Shown piece by piece: positions 51,426 to 64,000 of a stretch of 64,000 nucleotides of DNA. The position numbers and the translations under genes were made by a program. The notes beneath the pieces were generated by a model, which was given only the letters and a program-made list of their open reading frames with translations, did not search any database and was not told the origin of the DNA. The number at the start of each line of letters is the position of its first letter. Position 1 is the stretch's first letter. Origin of the DNA: Malacoraja senta (taxonomy: Eukaryota); the NCBI GenBank assembly GCA_038087875.1, contig CM075978.1:134354001-134418000 (forward strand). The letters run 5' to 3'.

Positions 51426-54400
51426 TTGAGCTACTGACTGCTTTTGCCCCCATTTACAGTAAGTACATTACAATCTTTGTTGCTCAACACTACACTCATA
51501 GGTGAGCCTTGCTGCCAATTTTTTTTAATGTCGTAGCTGTTTTTGTGGAGTACCAAACATAATAAATAAAATGTCTCCTTTTAGAGATCTTTTAACAATT
51601 GGCATTAATATAGCACCTTCAGTGAGAAGTTCAATGAATTGACTTCTTAAAGACATTTTGTAGAAATTTTAGAACAGGGAAAATATTTAAAAAATAGACA
51701 AATTCAAAAGAACGGGTGAAAAAATGTAATTTAAAATTCAAGTAATTCAAAAATCATTAGTCAGACAATATGGAGTTGTGTTTAATCCAACCTTTGAGTT
51801 CCTATCTCAGTCACATAAGTCTGCCTAAAGTGCTGACATGTAGGAACAAAAAATCATTGCAAAGTTGTCACCAGGTCACCCTTCAACAGACCCTGAATAT
51901 GAATAACAATAAATGCCTAGAAGGCTGATATCCTGCTCTTCAGCTGACCTCTTGAATTTGTAGGTTAACCTCCACCCCAACCATATTTTTATTCCTTTTT
52001 GTGAAATGCAGAAGGTCCTCAAACAAGAGTTATCCCTATCTGGCTAACTCAGTAACTAAATTTCCATCAGTATCAATGAAAATTTGAGACATCACATTGT
52101 ATTTGATGCCCATTTGTTCATTATTGCCTAATTTTTGGTATGTGTTTGGATCCAATTCTTTGTGGGATTTACCTAGAATGAATCATTACTTTCTGTCCAA
52201 ACTCCAGTGATGGTTTCATCTGGGTTTGCCAATGGTGAAGCCAACATTGTCATAGATTCATTTACTATGGGGCTATTATTACAATTGGTCAATGACAATT
52301 TGAGTCTCAAATGTTGTACCATATCATGTTAGATTCACTAGGCAGTGGATTGTTTAATAAATATTGTGGTGGGACATGGATTTGTACAGCAAAGATTTGA
52401 CAAGTTTTATTTTGATATACAGCAATAGGATTGTCTTTGAAGATACATAATCATGTATAAAGGAAAAAAGCCCCAGTTTAGTATAATGTCAATATAATCC
52501 TGTCATTTTCTTTGGAAATGCAACCTTTAGGATAAATAAAGCTTGATAATGGTAGTTTTAATCTGTTTTTCTATTTATCTCTGTTATACTCTGGGTGGTT
52601 TACAATTGCATAAAATAGAGCTGTGCTTAATACCGCAGGACTTCTAACTACATTGAACTCATTTATCATATTCACTGCAAAAAAACATAAATTACTGAAT
52701 TTAATTCAGTGCTTTAAATAAATTGAGGAGGAATAGAATTCCATGCGACCCTACAATCACTTTGGAATAGATGGTGAATATCTGACAAGCCTTTCTTATT
52801 TAACAACAGGAAATTATTTGAGGCTATTTGTTAAAAAATATTATTTCCAATGATTTTAATGCTTACCCTGTTAAACTGTGACTTCTCCAGAATAATTTGT
52901 TTAATTTTAAAATTCATTTTCCAATCTATTGCTTTGGAGCAGAAGGCGGCCTTTTGGATCAGCATCTCTTCGCTAAGCAGAAGTGTTGCCTCTTCCCCCA
53001 CCCCCAGCTGCTCTCCATCGTACTCCAATTTTTTAAGTGTGTAGGATTATGAAAAGACTCTGCTGAAATCTACCTATAAATCACTTTGGAAATTTACTTG
53101 ACAGAATATAAATGAAGGTAGAAGTGTTGTCAGCCTAGCTGTAAAGTTTATTGAGGTTGATATTGTGTTCGTGCAATGACCTGGGGAAATGCTGATTAAA
53201 TATTTTTGAGTAATGCACTGGACCCTAACGCTTTGTACAAATGGTCACCTTGCATTTTTGTTCGGCATTCATATAACTCTGCTCATAAAAAGAGCCACAA
53301 AATGTAAATATGGCAGCATTAAAGCTTACAGCCGCAGGAGAAGCAAGACCCATGTCCTGGTAGGTTTGCAAGCTATTAATGCTGTATGTTTTAATTTACT
53401 AGGAGTTGTAATTGTGTGTTCACATGCTGAATGCTTTTGTTATCCAATATGAAAAGCATTTTCTGTTCTTCCTGTATTGTTTATTAACCAATAAAGATTT
53501 AATACTTGTAGCAAATTGATAATACCCCTGTGCCTCTTGCACCCTCTTCTTTTAAACCTTACAGTACAGGACATGCATAACCTTTCAGAATATGTCTGTT
53601 GCTAAGAGGAATTGGGTAACAGTGAGAGGAGTTTTAGATAGTTTGTTCGGACTTTTGACTATTTAAAATTATATTCCAATAGATTACCACAGATATTATC
53701 AAAGCAGTGAAAATCACATCATGCACCCATTGTTCTAAAGGTGCACCAACTTGCATCCAAATGAGTAGAGTGAACCTTTGTCTCTTTACAGATCTTAATT
53801 GGGTTTTTTCTGCCCAAGATGCAAGGAAGGAATTCTACTTATCTGTTAGTCCTTTCATGTAGCAATGTGGTTGCTTGGTTTTCTCAGCTGCTTTCTTGAA
53901 CAACTGGCCAAACAACACCATTTCCATTCAAAGGAACTAATCAGAGAACATATAAGGAAGAAATGCATATAATGTAGCAGCTTATTTTCAGTGATTTGGT
54001 TCTGTTATCTTCAATGGAAACACACATTGGAAGCGCCTTGTAACATACATAAGCTGCTGTATCATATATTCATTTTGTTTGATTGAGGATGAATTTATAC
54101 CCCTATCTTTTCTAATAGGATTGCTCCTCCATCAAGAGATATCTTAAGAATTGGTGTGCATACATCTTCTCATTGAGTCAATTGTACTTGCAACCCAAAC
54201 GCACCTTGGTTTATTCATTTCATTTCCGATTGCTTTTTCAAAAAATTTCAACAAAATTGATTTTAGATTTATGACCATTTTCTTCACATTTATTTAATCT
54301 TTTCTCAATGAATGCTGTGCTGTGAACCTCTCTGCCTGCAGAACTATTTAGCAAGTAATTGCACTAATCATTTCATGTTGAAAGCTGTGCAAGGTGAATA

Positions 54401-57400
54401 CAATGTCCTCAGGTTTATATGTGGAATTAACTCCACAGAACAAGTCCCCAGCTTATGTCACTGCTATCAGGAGATGCAACTCTCCTTGATCAATATTTGC
54501 TCAACAAACAGCAGGGATCGGAGAGTTTGTTCAGAGAAATCATGTGCATGCAAGGGTGAATGAATGTTCGGTGAAGTACTTTGACTATTTGCCTCCTGCT
54601 GTTTTTTTGCCTCCTCGAGTTGTTCTTTGTTCTTAACCAGGGGGACATGCACCTGCACAAATCCCCAAACAAAATAACAATTGGAATGTCTACAGAAAAA
54701 GATTCTAATACAAATAAGTGTCATTCTGCTTCCTTTATTAGAATCAGCAATTCCTAGAAATAACGTGCTCCATTTCCTCAGCATCAGGTGGCAACAGTCA
54801 ATCAAGCCATCGTGAGCTTGTCAGAACAAAAGAGCGCGTAGTTTGCACAATGTAAACGCGGTGACTTTGTGCCAAAGAACCACCCCATCTCTAACTTGCT
54901 TTCCCTTCAGGGGTCATTTGTTTGATCTTCTAACTGTCCCTAGACTCGGCAGCACATAATAAAAACCTGACATAGCAGCCTGCCTGCCTTCTGTGTCCTG
55001 CGGATACTCATCATAAGTGTCAGGACATACCAAGGTTAGCGGTCACTGAAACAATGCACGTTTGCCTGCCTTTGCAAAACACTCACAACTGAACCAACGT
55101 TGCTTGTAGCAGGGGGAGAATTTTGTGAAGGTGAAAGAAATAGGAGCTCAGCCTCGGTTATTTTGCAAAAAAGCTCATTTGCGAAACCACAGCAAAATAA
55201 TTCCATCCCAAAGCACTACTTTAGATCTTGTAGTTCCTCAAACAGTTTGTTTTGTTGTTCAATTGTTTTAATGGTTGGAAAATACTGCTGTGGTACTGGC
55301 TCCGTTTTTTACTGTAAAAGGGAATCATCCACTTACTATTATAAGAAGATAACCACGGGGAGGGCAAGGAGAAAAGGGTTATTGGTATTTTGGATTCTCT
55401 TGACTCTTCGCCTTGGAGAGAGGGTTATTCTTGTCACTGCCTTTTGTCTACATCTGCTGACTGCTTGCCTGCAGCCAGCAGCATGCTTTAACTGTTCGGT
55501 CACCTCCTAACATCACATGCATCAGCTGTTGTGCTTTTGTTAGAGGTTTTGTACGTCTAATCCAGTGTGACCATATTGCTGCGCAGTAAATCAAATGTAG
55601 ATTGTTCCTGGAATGACTTCCTCATAAATATTTTAGACAACCTTTACTGCCTTTATTCTTAAAAATTGAAAACCAGATTAAACTTAAATGCTTGTCTGCT
55701 GAGTGTATAGATGATCTCTAGATAGTTCCTGCTGTTTATTGTAATTTGGAGAGAATGAGGACGTGGCATTAACCCTCTGATGACTGAGAGACCTTTTTTT
55801 GGACCTCAGCATTTTCTCATTTAACCTTGACGTCCTGAAAAGGAAGAATTGAAGTAAAATTTGACAAACCTCTCGCACTATAGTTGGAATTTATACGAGG
55901 GTTAATTTAGCATATTCATTAAATAGCTTTTTACAAAATTTCTAAATGCCACACATTTACTGTGAATAGGCAGGAATATCATTTAAATAGCCTATACAGT
56001 GGAGGAACACAACAAGATTTGAATCTTAATTTGTAATACTATTGAACTAAAATTGAAACCTGTGCTCTTCAACTGATGACAAATGAATATTTATGATTAC
56101 TTAGCCAAAGATGTAGCCTGATTCCTCCAAGTTAAGCTTATTGTGGAAGGTCAAAGAAACGGTGAGTTGATTATATTTCCTCTACGTGCAACAGACCCAA
56201 AGTCCTGGACGATTGAATGCACAGTTAGAAAGGTGATGCAAGTAAGTGTAGCTTACAGGGAAATTACAGAGAACTACAAAGGAGGCGCATAATAGCAGAA
56301 GTGAAGAATAGTAAAGCATTGAGGCAGGAAATCACCCTCCCTAGCATAAACGAAACCCACATATATGTTAGTGCCGTGCATTGTGCTCTGCTTCTCAAAA
56401 TGTAGATCCATTGAAGTCAATGGAACCAATTTTCACACGTGGAGCACAAAAGTCAGCTGCTGCTATATTTCACCTTTAACAAATGTGAGTGGGGACAAAT
56501 TTCTACCCCTTTGCAGCCAATTAAAGCCAATTCTGCTCCCAGCTCAAACAAGTAAGGATTCAAAATGATGCATTACATGATCTTTTAAGACTGGGTGACA
56601 TGATTGTTTGGGTTAGTTGAAAGGAAGAAACTTAAAATGTACACCTTTGTTTCTAAAATGCTATGTTGTAAAGGGTACACTTTCAACCAAAAGAATCTCT
56701 CAAATGAATATGTTGGCTTTATGGTAAGCCGGAAGATTCATTAGGTGGATTTTAACACTTTTATTGATAAGAAGTTTGCAATAACGTATCAATAACTTGT
56801 ATTACAAATTGTTCATAAATGGTTGGGTACAATTTTAGATGTGAGGATGATTGCATTAGTTGCTGGGATTTTGATGATATCTTAGCATTTTCCTACTATA
56901 CCGTCAGCTCAGATGAAAATCCCATTAGCTGTGAATAATTGTATAGTGCCAATGTTGTCACGTGGTATGGCTTTCTCACACAGAGAAACTGAATGTAACT
57001 GCCATCAATAGCCTTTCACGTCTCTAATTTGAAAACATATACATAATTAGATTTACATTTAATTTGCATGCATTTTGATTTTGATCTGGCTATTTTAAGG
57101 TGATTTTCAATAACATTCAGTTGTATTGAAGTGACAAGAAAATGTCTTAACTATAACAGTCCCAACAACCTCACTTTATAATTGTTGAATAACATTATTG
57201 AATTCTCCTCATCATGAGAAACGTCTGTCATTTCTCTCCCTTGTGACTATACTGGAACCCTCTCATTAGTTGTTCTACTTGTCAAACTTATTTTAACATT
57301 GTACAGGCAGTCCCTGGGTTATGTAAATGGTTATGTACTTCTCCCTTAGAGAGAAATGTCCTTTTTTTTATTAGCTGTCACTATATCGTATCACTCTACA

Positions 57401-58559
57401 TACACTTACTATAATTCTTTTTTTTCAGCAAATATTCACCCTAATGCAGCCCAATATTATACAAATGGAACATGTACTGTATCCAGTCATAAATTAATAC
57501 CACAGAACATTATTATTATTTAATGTCTTCAACTAAGGAAAGATGCACCTGGACTTTTTTTTTGCACTAGTATTGTAGTTATTAATTTATAGATTTTTTG
57601 TTTATTACCGGTATATATTATCTACATACAATGTTTACAGGCCTTTTATGCTGCTGGAAATAGGGAATCCATGTTTCACGTCTGGCAATTAAACACTGTT
57701 GACTTGAAAAATGCTATAAAAATATATGGGAACATTTATGTAAAGTCAATATTCTGTAAGTCAGGTTATTCGTAACCCATAGAGCCCTTGTGAAATGCTG
57801 CTTTAGGTTTTCATTCTGCTGTGGCGTTCTGCAGACGATTTCATAGATGTAAATGCTATCATTTTCCTAAAGAAAAATATGTGAAACAATAATTTGAACA
57901 AGAGTTCTGTACAAGAGTTGTAATCCTTGATGAGTAACCTTTTTTCCAAGAATGGCTGGCATCTGCGTATGCAAATAGCTGTCAAGATATAGTTAACAGT
58001 CAAATTCAGGGAAATCTTGCAGTTATAAGAAGTCCCTTATTTTATCAGGCAACAACCCAGCATATTATGATTGGAAGGAAGCAGACCTTTGAAATTGTGG
58101 AATTAATGGCATATTTTTCTGCACATGTGCTCACTACGCACAGGTTTTGCACCCATTAAAATTGCTAGCGGACACTGCACGGACACGAATGGAGCGTCCC
58201 AGCTTCCGTGCCACCTATATGGTACAAAGTACATGATCATCATTTATTACTGTTCCTTAGCACATGAAGATTCAGAAAATGTAAATGGAGATTTGCATGT
58301 ATGCTCTGCATTATTGCACACGAGCAGCATATTGTCAAACAAGTTTATAATGGCTTTGTCATTCAAACAAGCCTAAAACTTTTCAGAATCTTGGATATTG
58401 TTTATTATTGAAGGTATATTGTTTATTGTTGAAGGTAATTTCAGTTCATAAGGACATGATGGCCTGCACCCTAGTGTGCAGGAAGTTTTTTTTGTTTGTT
58501 ACAGTATATTATCTGTGTATTAATAATACACAAATAATAAGATAATAAACAGAAAAACT

Positions 58560-59640
58560 TAAAGGAAATGGTTACAGAGAGAGTGAATACATTATTTTTA
58601 ATCTGCCAAAATTCTCTGGAATATGGAGAGGTTCCAGAAGATTGGCAATGCACAGAAATAATTACACTCTTCATGAAGGAAGGGAGGCAGGAAACTGGCG
58701 GTCATGTAGCCAAGCATCAGTTATTGGGAATGCACAGGTATCCATCATTAAGGAGATAATAGTGGAACATTTAACTAATCAAGCAGAGTCAGCATCCAAA
58801 TATTACAAAATAGAGTTGGGTATGACAAATGGGCTGGAGTTCTTTGAGAGTGTAACGCAAATCTAGTGATAATTAGCCAAAGTTATAGAGGGTGGAATAA
58901 ACGTCTAGGACACTACATCTAGTGATTCCCCATTCTTTACATATGATGCTTAAAGGGCAATCATTAGATTGGTATATTTGGATTTTCAGATGCGTTAGAT
59001 ACTGTGCCACAGCAGGGCATTCTAGGAGATAAAAATATGTGATTTGGGGATAAAATAGATAGGAGATGGGTTAACTAACAGAAGCATTGGGATAAATGGA
59101 CTATTGCAATCAGATGGGGCTGCGACTATTATACTCTTTGTTACTGATTAAGTTGAGGGTATCGTGCATGCTGTAGCCAAATTTGATGACATAAAAATAG
59201 GTGAATTGGCAATTTGAGAAGAATGCAGAGAGTCTGCAAACTGATTTGGATGGGTTAAATGTGTGTGCAAGAGATTGGCAGATGGAGTCCAATGTTGGAA
59301 AATTCGAGGTAACCAAATTTTCGCACTGGAAGGAAGAATGAAAAAGCAAATTATTATTTAAACGGAGTGCGGCAAAAACAAAATATAACCCAAAAGGGCA
59401 TCCAAGGACATGAAATATAAAAGTTTAGCAAGCAGATACTACAGCAGGTAATTAGGAAGACTAATGGGCTTATTCCAAAAGGGTTGGAAGTTTAAACATA
59501 GAAACATTTAGATGGAAATTTACAGGATGCAGGGCAGAAGCTAGATTGATGGAATTGTAGGCGTGATGGAAGCAGAAATGTATGAAAGTTGCAATGTGGT
59601 CAAGGACTAAGAAAAAAAGAATAGGGAGATCATGATGGTA
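58560..59640 (+). mobile_element. Old CR1 ORF2 fragment
   Basis: QNSLEYGEVPEDW, LEFFESVT, LVYLDFQ and AKFDD-like remnants. Confidence 0.75.
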
Positions 59641-59642
59641 GG

Positions 59643-61961
59643 ACAATAAACAATAGACAACATGTGCAGGAGTAGGCCATTCAGCCCTTCGAGCCAGCAC
59701 CGCCATTCACTATGATCATGGCTGATCATCCACAATCAGTACCCCGTTCCTGCCTTCTCGCCATATCCCCTGACTCTGCTATTTTTATGAGCTCTATCTA
59801 ACTCTCTCTTGAAAACATCCAGAGAATTGGACTCCACTGCTTTCTTAGGCAGAGAATTCCACAGATTCACAACCCTCGGTGTGAAAACGTTTTTCGTCAT
59901 ATCTGTTTTAAATGGCTTGCCCCTTATTCTTAAACTGTGGCCCCTGGTTCTGGACTCCCCCAACATCAGGAACATGTTTCCTGCCTCTAGCGTGTCCAAA
60001 CCCTTAATAATCTTATATGTTTCAATAAGATACCCCTCTCATCCTAAATTCCATAGTATACAAGCCCAGCCGCTCCATTCTATCAACATATGACAGTCCT
60101 GTCATCCCAGGAATTAATTTTGTAAACCTTCGCTACATTCCCTCAATAGCAAGAATGTCCTTCCTCAAATTAAGGGACCAAAACTGCACACAATACTCCA
60201 GATATGTTCTCACTAGGGCCCTGTACAACTGCAGAAGGACCTCTATGCTCCTATACTCAACTCCTCTTGTTATGAAGTCTAACATGCCATTTGCTTTCTT
60301 CACTGCCTGCTGTACCTGCATGCTTACTTTCAGGGACTGATGAAAAAGTATCCCCAAATCTCGTTGTACTTCCCCTTTTCTCAACTTGACACCATTCCGA
60401 TAATAATCTGCCTTCCTGTTTTTGCCACCAAAGTGGATAACCTCACGGTATCCACATTAAACTGCATCTGCCATGTATCTGCCCACTCACCCAACCTGTC
60501 CGTCACCCTGCATCCTCATGGCATCCTCACAGTTCACACTGCCACCCAGCTTTGTGTCATCTGCAAATTTGCCAATGTTACTTTTAATCCCATCATCTAA
60601 ATCATTAATGTATATTGTAAATAGCTGCGGTCCCAGCACCGAGCCTTGCGGTACCCCACTAGTCACTGCCTGCCATTCTGAAAGGGATTCCAGAAGATTA
60701 GTTAAGCATGATTTCCCCTTTGTAAATCCATGCTGACTATGACCGATCTTGTTACTGTTATCCAAATGTGCTGCTATTTCATCTTTTATAATTGACTCCA
60801 GCATCTTCCCCACCATCCATGTCAGGCTAACTGGTCTATTATTCCCTGATTTCTCTCTCCCGCCTTTCTTTAAAAAGTGGGATGACATTAGCTACCTTCC
60901 AATCCACAGGAACTGATCCTGAATCTATGGAACATTGGAAAATGATCACCATTGTGTCCACGATTTCTAGAGCCACTTCCTTAAGTACCCTGGGATGCAG
61001 ACCATCAGGCCCTGGGGATTTATCAGCCTTCAGTCCCATCAGTCTACCCAACACCATTTCCTGCCTAATGTCGATTTCCTTCAGTTTCTCCGTCACCCTA
61101 GATCCTCTGACCACTAGTACATCAGAGAGATTGTTTGTGTCTTCCTTATTGAAGACGGATTCAAAGTACCTGTTTAACCCGTCTGCCATTTCCTTGTTCA
61201 CCATAATAAATTCACCTTTTTCAGTCTTCAAGGCTCCAACTTTTGTCTTAACCAATTTTTTCCTCTTCACATACCTAAAGAAGCTTTTACTATCCTCCTT
61301 TTTATTCTTGGCAAGCTTACCTTCGTACCTCATATTTTCTCCACGTATTGCCTTTTTAGTTATCTTCTGTTGCTCTTTAAAGGTTTCCCAATGCTCTGGC
61401 TTCCCGCTCATCTTTGCTCTGTTATACTTCTCTTTATTTTTTTTACTGTCCCAGACTTCCCTTGTCAGCCATGGTCACCCCTTACTCCCCTTGGGATCTT
61501 TCTTTCTCTTTGGAATGAACTGATCCTGCACCTTCTGTATTATGCCCAGAAATACCTGCCATTGTTGCTCCACTGTCATCCCTGCTAGGGTATCTTTCCA
61601 GTCAACTTTGGCCAGCTGCTCCCTCATGGCTCCATAGTCCCCTTTGTTCAATTGTAATACTGACACTTCCTATTTTCCCTTCCCCCTCTCAAATTGTAGA
61701 TTAAAACCTATCATATTATGGTCACTGCCTCCTAATGGCTCCCTCACCTCGAGTTCCCTTATCAAATCCGGTTCATTACACAACACTAAATCCAGAATTG
61801 CCTTCTCCCTGATAGGCTCCAGTACAAGCTGCTCTAAGAATCCATCACGGAGGCACTCCACAAACTCCCTTTCTTGGGGTCCAGTACCAACCTGATTTTT
61901 CCAGTCTACCTGCATGTTGAAATCTCCCATAAGAACCATTGCATTACCTTTACTACATGCC
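59643..61961 (-). mobile_element. ~2.3-kb CR1 LINE (endonuclease end and RT), frameshifted and internally deleted
   Basis: ORFs contain MGDFN, LDLVL, GSDHN, KSPGPDGLHPRVLKE, QHGFTKGKSCLTNLLE, GVPQGSVLGP, FADD and LEYCVQFWS, followed by the CR1 3' UTR. Confidence 0.95.
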
Positions 61962-62972
61962 AAAATAATTGACAGTCAGTTTTCTTAAGGAAGTGACATA
62001 AGAAGAATGCAGCTGGAGTGAAAGGATTTAGTTACAATTCCAACGAGTCTTGTCCCAAAATACAGTTTTGATCAAATGTTTTGATCCATTTATGTTGCAC
62101 CTTCATAAAACAAGTGTTCACATTGTTAAAGCAAACAAACTGACTGGAAGTGATGATCCGAATGTATAGGCAGGAAATGCTGAATGTACGTTTAACCAAG
62201 AAGTTCATTAAGTCTAACTCATTATTCAAGGGCATTGCTATCCCTGGAAAATGTTCTGATTTTAATATACTGCAAGTGCACCGAATGAAATCATTAATAT
62301 TTGTCTCAAAATTTAACCATGCTGCCAAGCTTATCAGGTGAAATAATATCTCAAGGCACATTGATGAACACATTACTGTCTGTAAACCACCAAACCTAAT
62401 AAAAAATCCTCTTCAAAATAAGGATTGCCTGAAGTTTGCATATCCACTAAGAAAAGAAACAAGATGAGTTTAATTCATACTGTACTTATAAATATTAAAG
62501 TTAAGATTCTGAAAATATTTCCAACAGAGCACAATTTTTCAACAAAGTTTGATGTAATTTTTCAGCACTGAATTTCATTTTTATAATGGGTGCTTGTTTT
62601 AAAACGATTAACTGCGTGGTGTTTCTGTTGCAAATTGCAACAATTGAGCTTTGCATCAAATTAAAATTATAGAAAATGTTGAAAGCTTGCAAATTTCACG
62701 TGTTTTAAGTGTGGAGGGAGATAGGTCTGGTTGCTGAAATGAAAGAGGATAAAAACATAAAGATCATCTTTCTACAAATAACCTTCCTGGAACAAACTGG
62801 AAACTGCAAACTTTTCCATATTTTGGGGCAGGGTTTGCAGAACTACTGCAAGCTTCGGTGAGGTTGATGAAATCTCAGCCGCCTGCCCTCCCCTTTTTTT
62901 AAAAATAAATCAGAGACTTTAGATTGAAATTGAAAACTCGACTAATGTCATTGTCTCCTTCTGTATCAGCAG

Positions 62973-63158
62973 GTTCCGGAGAGGTTCTTGGAAGTGGCTC
63001 AGATCACATTACGAGAGTTTTTCAATGCCATTGTTGCAGGCAAAGACGTTGATCCTTCCTGGAAGAAGGCCATCTACAAGGTCATTTGCAAGCTGGACAG
63101 TGAAGTCCCGGAGGTTTTCAAATCTCCAAATTGCCTGCAAGAGCTACTACACGAGTAA
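62973..63158 (+). CDS. PROX1: Prospero-related homeobox gene, terminal coding exon (C-terminal Prospero domain)
   Basis: Branch-like CTAAT at 62942-46, pyrimidine tract, then CAGCAG acceptor. Translates to VPERFLEVAQITLREFFNAIVAGKDVDPSWKKAIYKVICKLDSEVPEVFKSPNCLQELLHE*, in frame with the first exon. The C-terminus SPNCLQELLHE is PROX1-type. It is missing from the ORF track because it has no start codon. Confidence 0.93.
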   Translation, partial: VPERFLEVAQITLREFFNAIVAGKDVDPSWKKAIYKVICKLDSEVPEVFKSPNCLQELLHE

Positions 63159-64000
63159 AGATGCCCAGAACCATCAGACGTAATATATGTTTTCCGTTCT
63201 GATGCTCAATCTTTGTATTGTTGCTTTTACTTAGCTCTGATTTGTTAAGTTTCCATAATGTTTTACCCTTTTACATTTGACCTTATAAGGAGGTTATTCA
63301 CCACAGCCTTGAACCTACTAATGCTGATACATGAACCTTTCTGTTTTGAAGGTTATGTTTGGTTTGATTAACTGAAGGAAAAATGAAGTGTGTGAGTGTG
63401 TGATTTTAGTTTTAATATTTCACGATATCACACCTAAAGTGGACTGCTATGTCAGGCAAAGGGTTTATTCATGATTAGTTGTGGCAAATGGCAAATAACT
63501 ATGACATCACTGGGACAATAAAGCAACTGCCATGGGATACAACACGGCACACTAGGAGGTTTGGCCTGGCTATATCGTTACCAGAGATCTCTAAGCCTGC
63601 TATTATTTTGATTTCAGGCATGATACCAATTGATCTTTTGCCCCCCAGAATAGAATGCATCATACAGCTCAGCCATACCTGTGGTGTCACCTATTATTCT
63701 AAATACCCACCACCTGCAAGTGGCATGTGTTTCATTCTTCAGTCTCTGTAGCTGATATGGGCCACATTGTCTTGATTCCCACCTTACAAACAGCTATTGC
63801 TTTTTCCACCAAACACAATTTTTCTAATAGAATTCTACAGTTTCACCAACATGACCACTTCACGTTAGAACAGCCTCTCCACCGTAGAACAATTCTGCTT
63901 TAACACACGGACTGAAGATGGCGTTCCAATGATTCCAGGTGATTCAGGAAAAATTCATAACTGGTCCAATCACCAGGCAGTGGTCTTATTCTCCAGGGCG
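63159..64000 (+). other. Start of Prox 3' UTR; candidate AATAAA at 63517-63522
   Basis: Follows the TAA stop and contains no recognisable transposon. Use of the poly(A) signal is unproven; mammalian PROX1 UTRs run for several kb. Confidence 0.55.

Larger units (their letters stand above)
199..62972 (+). other. ~62.8-kb phase-0 GT-AG intron of the Prox gene
   Basis: Splicing ...NDFE|VPERF... restores the continuous Prospero domain at the conserved vertebrate intron position. Confidence 0.9.

Noticed and set aside
57303-57790. Tigger/Tc1-mariner-like MITE (TA|CAGGCAGTCCCTGGGTTA...; similar start at ~24118)
   Set aside because: The left end is suggestive, but the right TIR and TA duplication are too degenerate to support a call.

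Overview
Eukaryotic (vertebrate) genomic DNA. The repeat families point to a cartilaginous fish, probably a skate or ray (inference). The window holds the last two coding exons of a Prospero-family homeobox gene on the + strand (PROX1-like; exon 4..198 and terminal exon 62973..63158), separated by one ~62.8-kb phase-0 GT-AG intron, followed by the start of the 3' UTR. The intron is filled with mobile elements: CR1, L2 and Rex1/Babar LINE fragments, four HE1/V-SINE-like SINEs, two PIF/Harbinger-type MITEs, a non-autonomous Helitron and an unclassified 1.2-kb TIR element. It also contains two assembly gaps and some repeat-free, enhancer-like islands. The most interesting pattern is a family of about 12 short repeats derived from Penelope-like retroelements, several carrying a recognisable minimal type-I hammerhead ribozyme motif (CTGAAGA-stem-GAAACGTC; best copy 48575..48602). 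Several occur as ~170-245-bp palindromes, two with target-site duplications, and one is nested inside a Harbinger MITE. I also found a candidate in-frame 51-nt cassette exon and a NAGNAG acceptor in the Prox gene. Most ORFs in the supplied track are spurious or are transposon fragments. Family names come from recognising motifs, not from database searches, and coordinates of old repeats are approximate.
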